Origin: Chiloscyllium plagiosum
Taxonomy: Eukaryota
Length of the DNA stretch: 63,950 nt
Assembly: GCF_004010195.1 (NCBI RefSeq)
Contig: NC_057758.1
Location: 2,578,205-2,642,154, forward strand
Reading direction: 5' to 3'
Both the position numbers and the translations under genes were made by a program. Under the pieces are notes generated by a model. The model was not told the origin of the DNA and made no database searches. It was given only the letters and a program-made list of their open reading frames with translations. Below, one piece after another: positions 63,681-63,950 of the stretch; position 1 is the stretch's first letter; every line of letters begins with the position of its first letter.

Positions 63681-63950
63681 ACGACATAGGTAGGAAGAGG
63701 GGTGGGGAGGTCATTCAAGAGCTCAAGGAGTTAGGCTGGAAGCTAAAAGCTAGGACAGACAGAGTCGTCATCTCTGGGTTGTTGCCGGTGCCACGTGACA
63801 GTGAGGCAAAGAATAGGGAGAGAGTGCAGTTGAACACGTGGCTGCAAGGATGGTGTAGGAGGGAGGGCTTCAGATATTTGGACAATTGGACTGCATTCTG
63901 GGGAAGGTGGGACCTGTACAAACAGGACGGGCTGCACCTGAACCAGAAGG
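63678..63950 (+). mobile_element. Younger CR1 ORF1 esterase fragment running off the window
   Basis: NDIGRKR...ELGWKLKARTDRVVISGLLPVPRDSEAKNRERVQLNTWLQGWCRREGFRYLDNWTAFWGRWDLYKQDGLHLNQ. Confidence 0.88.

Noticed and set aside
1..63950. Prokaryotic systems (CRISPR arrays, operons, retrons) or an intact autonomous retroelement
   Set aside because: The sequence is vertebrate. I saw no regularly spaced repeat-spacer array, and every RT region inside the window is truncated or disrupted.

Overview
Repeat-dominated vertebrate genomic DNA, almost certainly from a shark: it carries HE1-type V-SINEs, CR1/HER1-type LINEs and two Penelope-like families. There is one apparently intact protein-coding gene, a two-exon class A GPCR of the GPR139/GPR142-like group on the minus strand (exon 1 61244-61430, exon 2 56374-57461, about 424 aa), with a long C-tail that may come from stop-codon loss. 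Two truncated pseudogene paralogues (TM6-TM7-tail plus 3' flank) lie at about 11.4-11.7 kb and 24.1-24.4 kb. They sit inside an old tandem segmental duplication of about 13 kb (about 9.6-22.6 kb versus 23.1-35.4 kb), and a truncated SINE occupies the end of the first copy. Most of the remainder is nested, degraded retroelements: CR1 LINEs, another LINE family, Gypsy remnants, SINEs and Penelope fragments. Several Penelope fragments carry minimal hammerhead-ribozyme cores. A few conserved splice-like signals hint at an unannotated spliced transcript, but the evidence is weak. Repeat boundaries and identities are by-eye estimates.
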